Assembly (NCBI GenBank): GCA_949840955.1
Contig: CATKXV010000004.1
Span: 63,804-127,803 of the forward strand
Direction of reading: 5' to 3'
Length of the DNA stretch: 64,000 nucleotides
Source of the DNA: an uncultured Anaeroplasmataceae bacterium
GTDB lineage: Bacteria; Bacillota_I; Bacilli_A; Acholeplasmatales; Anaeroplasmataceae
Positions 45,912 through 58,453 of the stretch are shown piece after piece. Within the stretch, counting starts at the first letter, position 1. Each line of letters opens with the position of its first letter. The position numbers and the translations under genes are program-made. Under the pieces are notes generated by a model. That model ran no database searches and was not told the DNA's origin. It saw only the letters and a program-made list of their open reading frames with translations.

Positions 45912-46595
45912 TTATTTGCCTACTTGTACATCGGACAATTCTTTACCAAATACTGTCGTTGGATTTACATATGCATCATTGACCTTAACCTCAAGATGTA
46001 CATGTACTCCAGCCTCTACATCTGTTAAAGATGTTGAAGCCTTTCCGATGGTTTGTCCAACCTTGATTGTATCATTCAACTTAACGCTTACATCACTTAA
46101 GGAAGAATAGATGCTTTCTACACCATCAGCATGCTGAATTGTAACACAAACACCGTTTAACTCATCCTCTTCTACTGATGTAACTTTACCATCGTAAATT
46201 GAACAGACATCAAAAACGCTATTATCAGATTTTGCATAACTTATACCTTTAGATTCAATCATATAGCTACCTGTAGATATGATTGCTGATACAAGCTCTT
46301 CATCGGATAGGGATAGATCAAAGAAGATTCGAACCATTTCATATTCGCCCTTAACAGGAACCGCAAATTTTATTTTTTGAGGAACAACTACTGGATCATT
46401 TGGCTTAATGGTTGGCTTATCATCGTCGTTCCCTGGATTTTGAATTGGGTCATCTCCTGCTACTGGAGTATCATTTAATGCAAGAGTAGCAATCGTAATA
46501 ACGGTTGCAAATACAACAACGACAACGGCTATAAATACTAATAATTCCTTCTTGTCTATGAAAAATCTCTTAATTTTGTCTTTCATTTCTTTCAC
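45912..46595 (-). CDS. membrane-anchored M23/LytM-domain protein, SpoIIQ-like
   Basis: N-terminal TM (LLVFIAVVVVVFATVITIATLAL) and a C-terminal LytM fold (GVCVTIQHADGVESIYSSLSDVSVKLNDTIKVGQTIGK...GVHVHLEV). The first Zn-ligand motif looks degenerate (SKGISYA where H..(I/V)D is expected). It lies in the atp / ywzB / spoIIID neighbourhood. Confidence 0.6.
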   Translation of the reverse strand: MKEMKDKIKRFFIDKKELLVFIAVVVVVFATVITIATLALNDTPVAGDDPIQNPGNDDDKPTIKPNDPVVVPQKIKFAVPVKGEYEMVRIFFDLSLSDEELVSAIISTGSYMIESKGISYAKSDNSVFDVCSIYDGKVTSVEEDELNGVCVTIQHADGVESIYSSLSDVSVKLNDTIKVGQTIGKASTSLTDVEAGVHVHLEVKVNDAYVNPTTVFGKELSDVQVGK

Positions 46596-46651
46596 CTCAC
46601 TAGTAGTATGGTCTAGTGGGTATGAGGTTATACAAAGAAATTTAAAAAATT

Positions 46652-46855
46652 TTAAAATTTAAATAAATTTACCAAATAGGATAAACCATAGGTCAATAAA
46701 AAAGCTATAATAAAGGAAAGTAAAAAATAAGCAATACGTATATGTATAATCTTTCCTTTCTTAAAGGCCTCATCTAATCTTGATGCCTGTAGGATTAAAA
46801 ATGTAACAACATAAAATATACAAAATCCAACTGAAAATAAAATCCCCTCAACCAT
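46652..46855 (-). CDS. DUF1146 (YwzB-like) small membrane protein
   Basis: 67 aa with two TM segments, directly downstream of atpC as ywzB is in Bacilli. Confidence 0.6.
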   Translation of the reverse strand: MVEGILFSVGFCIFYVVTFLILQASRLDEAFKKGKIIHIRIAYFLLSFIIAFLLTYGLSYLVNLFKF

Positions 46856-46873
46856 ATGTTTTCCTCCTTATTT

Positions 46874-46903
46874 AAAAAAGAACTCTAGTATAGAATAGAG
46901 TCC
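46874..46903 (-). terminator. Rho-independent terminator after atpC
   Basis: AACTCTA (46881-46887) pairs with TAGAGT(C) (46896-46902). A run of 6 T follows on the minus strand. Confidence 0.55.
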
Positions 46904-46913
46904 TTATTTTATA

Positions 46914-49584
<2,671 letters not shown>

Positions 49585-49592
49585 AAAAACAC

Positions 49593-51101
49593 CTACTCAA
49601 ATCGCTTTAAGAAAGCCTTTAAATACGTATCTAGCTCTTCTTTATCTGGTAATACTTTCTGCTTTTGTATAAAATCAGCAATTGCCTTTCCAGCCTCATC
49701 TACTTTTAAATCTAAATATAGCTTTTCTTCAAAACGGGCCAAATCTTCAACCTCTATATGATCTAAAAGTCCACTAGTCAAGCAGTATAAAATGAGTGCC
49801 TCTTCCTCCATTGCTAGAGTTTTATGTAAGCCCTGCTTTAATATCTCCTGAGTTCTTTTACCTCGATCCAACCGAGCCTTTGTAGAGGCATCCAAATCCG
49901 ATCCAAATTGAGTAAAGGCCTCAAGCTCACGATAGGAGGCCAAATCCAAACGGAGTGTACCTGATACCTTTTTAATTGCCTTGGTTTGTGCTGCTCCACC
50001 TACACGTGAAACAGATAGACCCGGATTGATGGCTGGACGAATTCCTTTATAAAAATAATCTGACTGCAAAAAGATTTGTCCATCAGTTATGGATATTACA
50101 TTGGTTGGAATGTAGGCAGATATATCTCCTGCCTGTGTTTCTATTATAGGTAAGGCCGTAATACTTCCTCCACCTAGCCTATCTGATAATTTTGCAGCTC
50201 GCTCTAACAATCTTGAATGAAGATAAAATACATCCCCTGGATAAGCTTCTCTTCCTGGTGGTCGATGAAGTAGCAATGACATTTCTCGATAGGCTACTGC
50301 ATGCTTAGATAAATCATCATAAACGATTAATACATCCTTCCCCTGAAACATAAAGTATTCTGCTAGAGAAACTCCTGCATAGGGTGCAAGATATAATAAT
50401 GGTGCTGGGTTAGATGCTGAAGCAGAAACAATGATAGAATACTTCATTGCATTATGGTTCTTCAAGGTTTCATAAACATTGGAAACCGTAGATTCCTTTT
50501 GACCAATCGCAACATAAATACAAATAACATTTTGATCCTTTTGATTTAAAATGGTATCAATGGCTATTGCTGTTTTCCCTGTTTGTCGATCCCCGATAAT
50601 CAGCTCTCTTTGTCCACGTCCAATTGGAACTAGTGCATCTAAAACCTTAATTCCTGTTTGAAGCGGTGTATTGACACTGCTTCGGTCCATAACACCTGTT
50701 GCTTTAACCTCTATAGGTCTTGTTTTTGTCGTTTTAATAGCCCCATTTCCATCTAAGGGTTGTCCAAGTGGATTTATAACACGTCCAATAAATTCCTCCC
50801 CTACAGGTATTTCTAAAACGCGTCCACTGCATTTTACAATATCCCCTTCTTTAATTTTAGAGGAATCTCCTAAAAGGATAACACCTACACTATCCTTTCT
50901 CAAATCCTGAACCATACCATAGACATCATTAGGGAAAATTAAAAGTTCAGAGGACATAGCATTATCTAACCCATATACAACAGCAATGCCATCACCAACC
51001 TCAACAACACGACCAACATTTTCTGTATAAATCTGTTCTTTATAAGCCTTGATTTGTTCTTTAATCAGACTTGATATTTCAGATAAATTCATATTTGCCA
51101 T
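49593..51101 (-). CDS. atpA: F1 ATP synthase alpha subunit
   Basis: Walker A GDRQTGKT; 502 aa. Confidence 0.97.
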   Translation of the reverse strand: MANMNLSEISSLIKEQIKAYKEQIYTENVGRVVEVGDGIAVVYGLDNAMSSELLIFPNDVYGMVQDLRKDSVGVILLGDSSKIKEGDIVKCSGRVLEIPVGEEFIGRVINPLGQPLDGNGAIKTTKTRPIEVKATGVMDRSSVNTPLQTGIKVLDALVPIGRGQRELIIGDRQTGKTAIAIDTILNQKDQNVICIYVAIGQKESTVSNVYETLKNHNAMKYSIIVSASASNPAPLLYLAPYAGVSLAEYFMFQGKDVLIVYDDLSKHAVAYREMSLLLHRPPGREAYPGDVFYLHSRLLERAAKLSDRLGGGSITALPIIETQAGDISAYIPTNVISITDGQIFLQSDYFYKGIRPAINPGLSVSRVGGAAQTKAIKKVSGTLRLDLASYRELEAFTQFGSDLDASTKARLDRGKRTQEILKQGLHKTLAMEEEALILYCLTSGLLDHIEVEDLARFEEKLYLDLKVDEAGKAIADFIQKQKVLPDKEELDTYLKAFLKRFE

Positions 51102-51115
51102 ATCTAATCCCTTTC

Positions 51116-51634
51116 CTATAGTGAATTCTTTAATTTTGTAAGCCTATTTTTCAAGCTTAAATCCAATCTTTGTCCATTGCAAAGAATTTGTAATCCATAC
51201 AAAATCTTCGGATTCACTGTATTTTCTATAAGAAGCTTTTTATCTGGATATCGCTTTTTAAGACTTCTCGTTATTTCAGCCTGTCTTTGTTCTGTAAGCT
51301 GTTCCGAGCTAATCACTTCTATTTTTAAAATCGAATTATATTCACCAAAAAGATGACTATATTCTTCTTCCATTTGTTCTAGTAAAACAAATCGATTTCT
51401 TTCAACGACTACACATAAAAACTGTACAAACGTAGGATCAAAGCCTTGAAAGACTTCTTTTATAACCTTTAGCTTATCCTTAACATCAACAAGGGGAGAT
51501 GCTAGTAGCTTATAAAAATCTTTATTTGTACTCGTAACATCTAATACTTTATTTAAGCAATCCAAAAAAAGATCTGTTTTTTTCTCTTCAACTGCTAAAT
51601 CAAATAATGCTTTGGCATATTCGTATTCAACCAT
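51116..51634 (-). CDS. atpH: F1 ATP synthase delta subunit
   Basis: 172 aa with an OSCP-like N-terminus ([12 protein letters not shown]), positioned between atpF and atpA. Confidence 0.88.
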   Translation of the reverse strand: MVEYEYAKALFDLAVEEKKTDLFLDCLNKVLDVTSTNKDFYKLLASPLVDVKDKLKVIKEVFQGFDPTFVQFLCVVVERNRFVLLEQMEEEYSHLFGEYNSILKIEVISSEQLTEQRQAEITRSLKKRYPDKKLLIENTVNPKILYGLQILCNGQRLDLSLKNRLTKLKNSL

Positions 51635-52200
51635 TACTCCTTAGCCCCCTTCAAAATCTCATCAACAACATCCATATATTTGTCTTGATCGATTTCCTTA
51701 GCCACAATCTTTTCAGCAGCCGCGAAGGCAATATCTATAATTTCCTTACGAATTTGTTTTTGCATATTATTCTTTTCTTGTTCTAATTCTATCTCTAGAT
51801 TTTCAAGCCTTTGCTTTGCCTCTAGCTTAGCCTCGGCAATGATTTGATCTCTTCTTATATTGCCATCCTTTTCAGCCTTAGCTAATATTTCTTGAACAGA
51901 TGCCTTAGCATTAGAAAGCTCATCAGCAAGCTCTGATTCTAAAGCCTTCGCATTATCCTTAGCTTCCTTGGCATCCTCTAAAGCCTTATCTACAGCTTGC
52001 CTACGCGTCTCTAAAATATGCGTGATTGGCTTCCAAAGAAAGACACGAACAATAATAAATAAAATAATAGTTGCAAACAGTTGAATGAGTAAATCACGAA
52101 CATCAGAACCTGTTATTTTTAAATCTTTTAATGGACCTAAACAACGATTGACTGTTTCAGCAATCTTTTCTAATATCTCATTCATTCTACTTATAAGCAT
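51634..52200 (-). CDS. atpF: Fo ATP synthase subunit b
   Basis: 188 aa with a single N-terminal TM followed by a long charged coiled coil. Confidence 0.88.
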   Translation of the reverse strand: MLISRMNEILEKIAETVNRCLGPLKDLKITGSDVRDLLIQLFATIILFIIVRVFLWKPITHILETRRQAVDKALEDAKEAKDNAKALESELADELSNAKASVQEILAKAEKDGNIRRDQIIAEAKLEAKQRLENLEIELEQEKNNMQKQIRKEIIDIAFAAAEKIVAKEIDQDKYMDVVDEILKGAKE

Positions 52201-52233
52201 TGCTTAAATAAGCAATGTTCCTTTCTTTCGTTT

Positions 52234-52515
52234 TTACTTACCAATTAGCATTAATGCAATAATAAAGCCATATAGACCTGTTGTTTCAGATACAGCCTGT
52301 CCAATCAGCATGGTGATTGTGATTTTACCAGAAGCCTCTGGCTGACGACCAATAGCCTCTACTGCCTTTGCAGCAACACTACCTTCACCTAGAGCTGCTC
52401 CTATACCTGTAAATACGGCAATCGCTGCTCCTATATAAGCCATACCACTTCTAAAATATTCATTATAAGCAGCTGCCTCTGCTAGAAAATTTGTAATAAA
52501 TGTTAAAACTTGCAT
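52234..52515 (-). CDS. atpE: Fo ATP synthase subunit c (Na+-type ion-site signature)
   Basis: 93-aa hairpin protein with loop RQPE. GIGAALGEGSVAAKAVEAIGRQPEASGKITITMLIGQAVSETTGLYGFIIAL aligns without gaps to the Ilyobacter/Fusobacterium c subunits. Confidence 0.93.
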   Translation of the reverse strand: MQVLTFITNFLAEAAAYNEYFRSGMAYIGAAIAVFTGIGAALGEGSVAAKAVEAIGRQPEASGKITITMLIGQAVSETTGLYGFIIALMLIGK

Positions 52516-52527
52516 ATGTTTTCTCCT

Positions 52528-53220
52528 TTAATCTAAATTAAATATTTTTTCTTCATCCTTTATTTTCATCGACGTGAAGATAATCGATAATATAACAAAC
52601 ACAGCGGTTTGTATTAAACCAAAGCCAATATCAAATATGATATTAATAGCAGGCATAATTGGGATGGCAAACCATCCAGCAAAGCCCTTTACCAAAATTG
52701 CTATAACTGATCCACTGATAATATTACCAAACAAACGTAAGCATAGGGATATCGGTAAAGATATCTCACTGATAATATTCATAGGTAGCATTACCGGATT
52801 TGGATCTAAAAATCCTTTCAAATACCCTAAAAATCCATTCGAAGCAATTCCTGCTCCTTGAATTACAAAGAACGAGGTAAGTGCTAAAGCTAATGTAATT
52901 ATAATATAGCTTGTTGGGTTTTCAAGTAAAAATACAGCCGATATATTCGATATAAATATAAAGATGGCTAAGCTTAAAAACCAGGGAGAAAAGGATTTCC
53001 ATCGCTTTCCTATATTCTGCTTAATAAAGGTGTTGATTAAATCAACAAGCATCATAAAGGGTAAAAGCCATAAGGGCGTCTTTTTTAGCGGATCCACCTT
53101 TTTGATTTTAAAGCTCATTAGAATAAAGATAATGGACAGCACAGCAACAAGGATAAGGGATGATAGCACTGGCTTAGAAATCGTTCCCACATCACAAAAG
53201 CTACGCCAAAATTCTGACAC
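52528..53220 (-). CDS. atpB: Fo ATP synthase subunit a
   Basis: Polytopic protein with the conserved LCLRLFGNIISG (stator Arg). The likely start is GTG at 53218-53220, overlapping the atpI TAG (TAGTG) and preceded by GGAAGGAGAG. The Cys-rich N-terminus in the track ORF is read-through of the atpI 3' end. Confidence 0.9.
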   Translation of the reverse strand: MSEFWRSFCDVGTISKPVLSSLILVAVLSIIFILMSFKIKKVDPLKKTPLWLLPFMMLVDLINTFIKQNIGKRWKSFSPWFLSLAIFIFISNISAVFLLENPTSYIIITLALALTSFFVIQGAGIASNGFLGYLKGFLDPNPVMLPMNIISEISLPISLCLRLFGNIISGSVIAILVKGFAGWFAIPIMPAINIIFDIGFGLIQTAVFVILSIIFTSMKIKDEEKIFNLD

Positions 53221-53642
53221 TACTGACTCACTCTCCTTCCAAATATCAAATACACAACAATCAATACAGCCTTTACAGTTGCATATCCTCCAAAGGCAAT
53301 AACAAGATTCCACATCCCATCATCCTCTGGCATTTTATATACTTCCTTAAAGAAGATGGCTAGAAATACACCTGTAAAAACTAGAAGTCTTAATAGTACA
53401 CCTATCCAGGCCTGACGCTTTGCCATAATAGCCGCCGTATCTGGATAAAGCTCAGACATACGTACAATTCTTCTATTCATTTTTATCATCAATCCAAAGT
53501 TTAATAAGCCTGTACACACCCCGATTAAATAATACATCCAATCATAATGAGTTGCCCATAGAACTATGGCTACAATCGCAGCAACCACCCAGGTTATAGG
53601 AACAACAAGTATACTAATCTTTAGATTCATTTTTTCCTTCAT
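53220..53642 (-). CDS. atpI: ATP synthase protein I (AtpI)
   Basis: 140 aa with 4 TM, immediately upstream of atpB. Confidence 0.75.
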   Translation of the reverse strand: MKEKMNLKISILVVPITWVVAAIVAIVLWATHYDWMYYLIGVCTGLLNFGLMIKMNRRIVRMSELYPDTAAIMAKRQAWIGVLLRLLVFTGVFLAIFFKEVYKMPEDDGMWNLVIAFGGYATVKAVLIVVYLIFGRRVSQ

Positions 53643-53856
53643 TCTTTATCTTATCCTCCTCTTTTAATAATTTTAAGAGGGTACATATAAAGCTTGCTAG
53701 CCCACATAAGGCCCCTATTGCAGCAAGAACTCCCGACCATATGGAAGCTTTATCTATGGCTCGGCCAATAAAAAATCCAATAACAGCTAAAACGACTATT
53801 GTTATAATCCCTTGTGTAGCCAGAACATAAAATCTTGCATATTTAGAAAACTTCAT
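53614..53856 (-). CDS. AtpZ/AtpR-like small membrane protein
   Basis: 80 aa from the ATG at 53854-53856, which overlaps the upp TAA by 1 nt. Two TM segments. It is in the first position of the atp operon. Confidence 0.65.
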   Translation of the reverse strand: MKFSKYARFYVLATQGIITIVVLAVIGFFIGRAIDKASIWSGVLAAIGALCGLASFICTLLKLLKEEDKIKNEGKNESKD

Positions 53857-54479
53857 TATTTTGTACCAAACAAACGGTCTCCACAATCTCCTAATCCAGG
53901 AACGATATATCCCTTCTCATTGAGTTTTTCATCCAAGGCTGCTAAATAAACATCTACATCAGGATGCTTTTGCTTTAATACCTCAACACCCTCAGGAGCG
54001 CCTACCAAGCCAACATATCGAATATCCTTGCAGCCTCTTTTCTTTAGCATAGAAATCGCAGCTGCTGCACTTCCACCAGTAGCTAGCATTGGATCAACAA
54101 CCAAAACGATGGAGTTTGTGATGGTTTCTGGAAATTTTGCATAATATTCACAAGGCTCTAGAGTTTCTTCATTTCGATATAGACCAATAAAACCAACTTT
54201 AGCTGTAGGAATCATTCTCCTTATTCCCTCAACCATACCAAGTCCTGCTCTTAGAATAGGAACAATAACAACATCTAAAGCTAATTCATTTTGAATTGAT
54301 TTACAAATTGGAGTAGTAATTTCTACTTCCTTTAAAGGGAAATTTCTTGTAATCTCATAAGCCATTAGCCCTGCGATTTCTTCCACATTCTGATAGAAAT
54401 CCTTCATTTTTGTTTCCGCCTTACGGATATTTGTAAGCTTATGCTTAATCAGTGGATGATCTAGTAACGTAAAACTCAT
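53856..54479 (-). CDS. upp: uracil phosphoribosyltransferase
   Basis: PRPP motif [14 protein letters not shown] and C-terminal [16 protein letters not shown]. Confidence 0.96.
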   Translation of the reverse strand: MSFTLLDHPLIKHKLTNIRKAETKMKDFYQNVEEIAGLMAYEITRNFPLKEVEITTPICKSIQNELALDVVIVPILRAGLGMVEGIRRMIPTAKVGFIGLYRNEETLEPCEYYAKFPETITNSIVLVVDPMLATGGSAAAAISMLKKRGCKDIRYVGLVGAPEGVEVLKQKHPDVDVYLAALDEKLNEKGYIVPGLGDCGDRLFGTK

Positions 54480-54925
54480 AAATTTGCCTCCTCATATGCT
54501 TTTATTTTTTCTACGCGTCTTTTATGGCGTTCACCATTAGAAAACGGAGTCTCAAGCCAAAGCCGAACAATCTCTAAAGCATCGGATGTATTCGTGAATT
54601 TTGCAGATAAGGCTAAACAATTGGTATCATTATGCTCTCTTGTCAAAACAGCTGCTTCCTTACAGCCCACAAGAGCACATCGAACACCTCTTACCTTGTT
54701 TGCGATGATGGACATACCAATTCCAGTATAACAAACTAAAATCGCACGTTCTGCTGTTCCAGCTTGTACATCCTGAGCAGCCTTGAGTCCAAAATCCACA
54801 TAATCACAGCTGTCTTTTGTAAAGGTTCCGTAATCCTGAACCTCATATCCAAGCTCTATTAAATGGCTCTTTATCTCATTTTTCAAATCTAAGGCTGAAT
54901 GGTCACACCCCATTGAAATCCTCAT
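54476..54925 (-). CDS. rpiB: ribose-5-phosphate isomerase B
   Basis: [15 protein letters not shown]... in the RpiB/LacAB family. The ATG at 54923-54925 is preferred over the track start. Confidence 0.9.
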   Translation of the reverse strand: MRISMGCDHSALDLKNEIKSHLIELGYEVQDYGTFTKDSCDYVDFGLKAAQDVQAGTAERAILVCYTGIGMSIIANKVRGVRCALVGCKEAAVLTREHNDTNCLALSAKFTNTSDALEIVRLWLETPFSNGERHKRRVEKIKAYEEANL

Positions 54926-55070
54926 AAAAAGACCCCCTTTCTTAATGATATTTTTTCCATAAAATACCATTTCTATTATATCAAAAGAATTATATCACAA
55001 TTTAAAAAAAATAGAAAGAAAAACTAAATGGATTTTTCTTATTTTTTTAAGTGAAAATATCCAATTGAAA

Positions 55071-56627
55071 TTATAATTTCTTGTAATAAACATCAGAAAA
55101 GGTAGCTTCCTGTTTTGCGTATAAGGAATCTGAAGCATAGATTCCAAAGAAGGCTCCTGTAAAGCCTCCATGAACTACATATTGGTCACTAAGGAGGGTA
55201 GCATCTAAAATAGGCCCTATGGAATGATACTCTTGACCATCTAGGGAATAATAATATTGTGCTTCTTTTTCTCTTACAACGATTTTCAAATAAACCGAAT
55301 CCTCATATGGAATACATACATCTTTAAAATATTCTGGCTGAAATTCATGCTCCGCGTGAAGCCTCAATACTTTACCCAATTTCTCATCATATGTAGAATA
55401 TAAAAGATATAAATCTCCCTCTTGATATCGATAAATCAACCCTGCCATATGTCCAAAATAGGTTGGATGAAATTCTAATTTGCATCCAAATTCACAATGA
55501 AAATGCTGTTGACGTCTTTGCCATGTATTTTGCAAATAGGTTGAATCAAAGGATTGCTTGCCAATCAAGGTGATAGAATCCTTTGTTTTTTTCACATAGG
55601 GATTCATATCGATTCGAAGGGTCTGAAAATCCAGATCAAACTGCTTAGATAAAAAATCATAATGAATCTCTTCATTAAAATCAATTACCTCAACATCTCT
55701 TTCCACCTCATAATACGCACTTGGAATCATTCCACCATGGGCTAAATAAGGCCAATCCTCTATCCACCGAATATTTTGTAAGGCAGTTTCTCTACCTAAT
55801 ATACATCTTCTATCGATAGGTCTACTACACAAATGAGCAATAAACCAGCCATCCTCCTTGGCATCCACTAAGGAAGCATGTCCAGCTCGTTGTAAATAAG
55901 CATCTGTATCCTTAGCACTGATTAACAGCTGCTTCGGATGGATTTCATATGGACCATAAATCGTTTTAGAACGTGCTACGCTTTCTGCGTGATTATAGCC
56001 TGTTCCTCCTTCAGCACAAAATAGATAATAGTAGTCCTTTCTTTTGTAAATATGGGGGCCTTCCACAAAGCCACGCTCTGTTCCTTTAAAAATCTTATGA
56101 GCCTCTCCAATCAGCTTTCCACTTTTTAAATCTATTTCCTGTACCAGAATTCCAGTAAAGCAAGGATTTCCTCTCACACCTCTATAATCCCATTCCATAT
56201 TTACAAAATATGATTTTCCATCCTCATCATGAAATAAAGAGGCATCAAATCCACTGGCATTGATAAAAATAGGATCACTCCAAGGTCCTTCAATAGAGGG
56301 TGCGGATATCAAATAATTATAGCAATCCTTAAAGGGACCTCTACTAAAGGTTTCAACATTGGAAAATACAATGTAAAATTTCCCATCCTTATAGGTTAAA
56401 TCGGGTGCCCAAACGCCTGAGGATGCTGGATTATTTGTCATATCTAGAATTCTTTTGGAGGCAAGGGGATGCGCTACAAGTCGCCAGTTTACTAAATCTG
56501 TAGATTCATGTATACATATCCCAGGAAATACCTCAAAGGTTGAAGTTGCTATATAATAGGTGTCCTCTGCCCTACATATTGCAGGATCAGGATTAAAGCC
56601 TGTTAAAATTGGATTCTTAACCTTCAT
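55071..56627 (-). CDS. GH43 beta-xylosidase / alpha-L-arabinofuranosidase
   Basis: NPILTGFNPDPAICRAEDTYYIATSTF, WAPDL and EGPHIY motifs, with a C-terminal beta-sandwich. The ATG at 56625-56627 lies 8 nt after AGGAGG. Confidence 0.88.
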   Translation of the reverse strand: MKVKNPILTGFNPDPAICRAEDTYYIATSTFEVFPGICIHESTDLVNWRLVAHPLASKRILDMTNNPASSGVWAPDLTYKDGKFYIVFSNVETFSRGPFKDCYNYLISAPSIEGPWSDPIFINASGFDASLFHDEDGKSYFVNMEWDYRGVRGNPCFTGILVQEIDLKSGKLIGEAHKIFKGTERGFVEGPHIYKRKDYYYLFCAEGGTGYNHAESVARSKTIYGPYEIHPKQLLISAKDTDAYLQRAGHASLVDAKEDGWFIAHLCSRPIDRRCILGRETALQNIRWIEDWPYLAHGGMIPSAYYEVERDVEVIDFNEEIHYDFLSKQFDLDFQTLRIDMNPYVKKTKDSITLIGKQSFDSTYLQNTWQRRQQHFHCEFGCKLEFHPTYFGHMAGLIYRYQEGDLYLLYSTYDEKLGKVLRLHAEHEFQPEYFKDVCIPYEDSVYLKIVVREKEAQYYYSLDGQEYHSIGPILDATLLSDQYVVHGGFTGAFFGIYASDSLYAKQEATFSDVYYKKL

Positions 56628-58449
56628 TCTTTTGTCCTCCTTCAAATAGATGTGTTATCGCCAGTAAAAATGCTCCATTTCCTGGCAAATATAAAGGCAA
56701 TGCTTCTTTAGGAAGCTGTGGATTATGACCATTTTTTAAATATCCATTTTTTAAAGCTGGCTTTTTCAAAATCTCTATAGCAAGCCTTTTATGCCCCAAG
56801 CGATTAGCCGCCATAGCCAGCATTGGAAAATCCCAACCCCAGGTATCATCCAAGCTCCAGCATTCTAAGATTTTTAAAAGCGTATTATAAACAATCTCGG
56901 GCTGAACAATAGAGCTTTGAAAATAAGAATACATTCCAATCATCATCGGATGATCATGATTGTATTTGGTATAGGTTTCCTCACATCCAATATAAGCCTC
57001 ATAGCAATTGTTTTTTATTTCCAAAGGAACATAATTTTTTAATATATCCTTGATTTTTGTAAAGTCATAGCTTATAGAATATTCCTCTGCCCACCTCATA
57101 AAGACCTGAAAGGCATAAAGTGTATAGCATTCCTCAAAAATAGGGGTATCACAAGAAAATTCAACATTCTCATTTGCGGGGATAAGAGGTGAATCTAAGT
57201 GATATTTTCCATCTTTTAAATAATAAAAGCTACTCATAAAATCGATTAAATCTGTAACAAGAGGAAGGTATTCCTCTAGATTTAGTGCTGTTTTATCCTG
57301 TTGTAAAATTTCATCTAGCATAAGGAGGAGATGTGGCATTTGCCAAATCAATAAGCAGCCAATATTCGATGGTGTATCTACTCCTCTTGGATCTGTCATT
57401 TTAGGAAGCCTTGCTCCTAAATATCCCTGTTGCTTTGCCCGTACTCTAGAAGAATCTATGATACTTAGATACCACCGTAAGGATGGAATTACATATTCGT
57501 ATAAACCAAAACGAATGAGTCCCAAATGATGCCATAGGTGCATTTCTAAATGAAATTTTCCATACCAGGAATTACAGGTTAACCCTGTTTCTGCTGGAGG
57601 ATAGATACCCAGGGTGTTGACCTTCATCAAATATAAGGACAATACCATTCTTCTATTCAATTCTTCATCTAAGGTATCTAAAGCCTTGGCTTTATCAAAA
57701 TAGCTCTGCATAGAAGTATCATCTTCAAAATCATTGGTCAAGCTAATCGTTAAAAAGGAAGCTCCATTACATTTAAAATATAAATTCTCTTCTTCCATAT
57801 TGGTCCTATAATATAAAATATATTCTGCATAGGACGTAGAACGAATAATTTTATTCTGTTCAACTTTATAATCCTTGGATTCCTTTGGTAAGGCACCAAA
57901 GCGATTTGAGCTTGGCTCCTTAAAATAAAGCCTTACCTGTAGGCCTTCCAATTCTGATTTCACTTCAATTTGAATATTATGATGGTTCTGTGGAATCTTA
58001 GTTCTTACTTCAATCCTTTGATTTAAATAAGAAAAAGAGGAATAAATAACACCCTCATATAGACTTAGCCTTTGATTTATATTCTGAATCAGCTTTGATT
58101 CTAAGGGACGATTTTCATAAATAAATGCCAGCTTGAACAAATCAAATTTAAACCAATCATCACGATAGCTTTCATATGTAGGAGCTGCTGTATCTGTCAT
58201 ATATTCAATATTTGTATGATCCGATACCTTTTTGTATGTTCGATAAGGAATGTCTCCTATCCCTTTTTGCTTCCCCCAAATTAAATTTGTCATTGTACAA
58301 AGTGGAATGGTCGTATATTCCTCACAAAGGGTTTGTAATCCTGTAATATCGCAGGTAAAAGCAAAATCCCCATTCCCAATGGTCAAGGGATTTTCTTTAT
58401 CTAGGATAGTATGGATAACATCAAATTGTTTAACAAAAGCAGATTTCAT
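56617..58449 (-). CDS. uncharacterised protein, probable (alpha/alpha)6-type glycoside hydrolase by context
   Basis: 610-aa cytoplasmic ORF translationally coupled between rhaD and GH43. The C-terminal half is Trp- and aromatic-rich (WYGKFHLEMHLWHHLG, LLIWQMPH, WGWDFPM), typical of toroid glycosidases. No family assigned. Confidence 0.4.
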   Translation of the reverse strand: MKSAFVKQFDVIHTILDKENPLTIGNGDFAFTCDITGLQTLCEEYTTIPLCTMTNLIWGKQKGIGDIPYRTYKKVSDHTNIEYMTDTAAPTYESYRDDWFKFDLFKLAFIYENRPLESKLIQNINQRLSLYEGVIYSSFSYLNQRIEVRTKIPQNHHNIQIEVKSELEGLQVRLYFKEPSSNRFGALPKESKDYKVEQNKIIRSTSYAEYILYYRTNMEEENLYFKCNGASFLTISLTNDFEDDTSMQSYFDKAKALDTLDEELNRRMVLSLYLMKVNTLGIYPPAETGLTCNSWYGKFHLEMHLWHHLGLIRFGLYEYVIPSLRWYLSIIDSSRVRAKQQGYLGARLPKMTDPRGVDTPSNIGCLLIWQMPHLLLMLDEILQQDKTALNLEEYLPLVTDLIDFMSSFYYLKDGKYHLDSPLIPANENVEFSCDTPIFEECYTLYAFQVFMRWAEEYSISYDFTKIKDILKNYVPLEIKNNCYEAYIGCEETYTKYNHDHPMMIGMYSYFQSSIVQPEIVYNTLLKILECWSLDDTWGWDFPMLAMAANRLGHKRLAIEILKKPALKNGYLKNGHNPQLPKEALPLYLPGNGAFLLAITHLFEGGQKNEG

Positions 58450-58453
58450 AAAT

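Noticed and set aside
53221-53313. Cys-rich N-terminal extension of the atpB ORF (MESCYCLWRICNCKGCIDCCVFDIW...), which looks like a metal-binding or RiPP-like peptide.
   Set aside because: It is the alternative frame of the atpI 3' end. A GTG start at 53220 with a GGAAGGAGAG RBS and a TAGTG stop-start overlap gives a normal-length subunit a.
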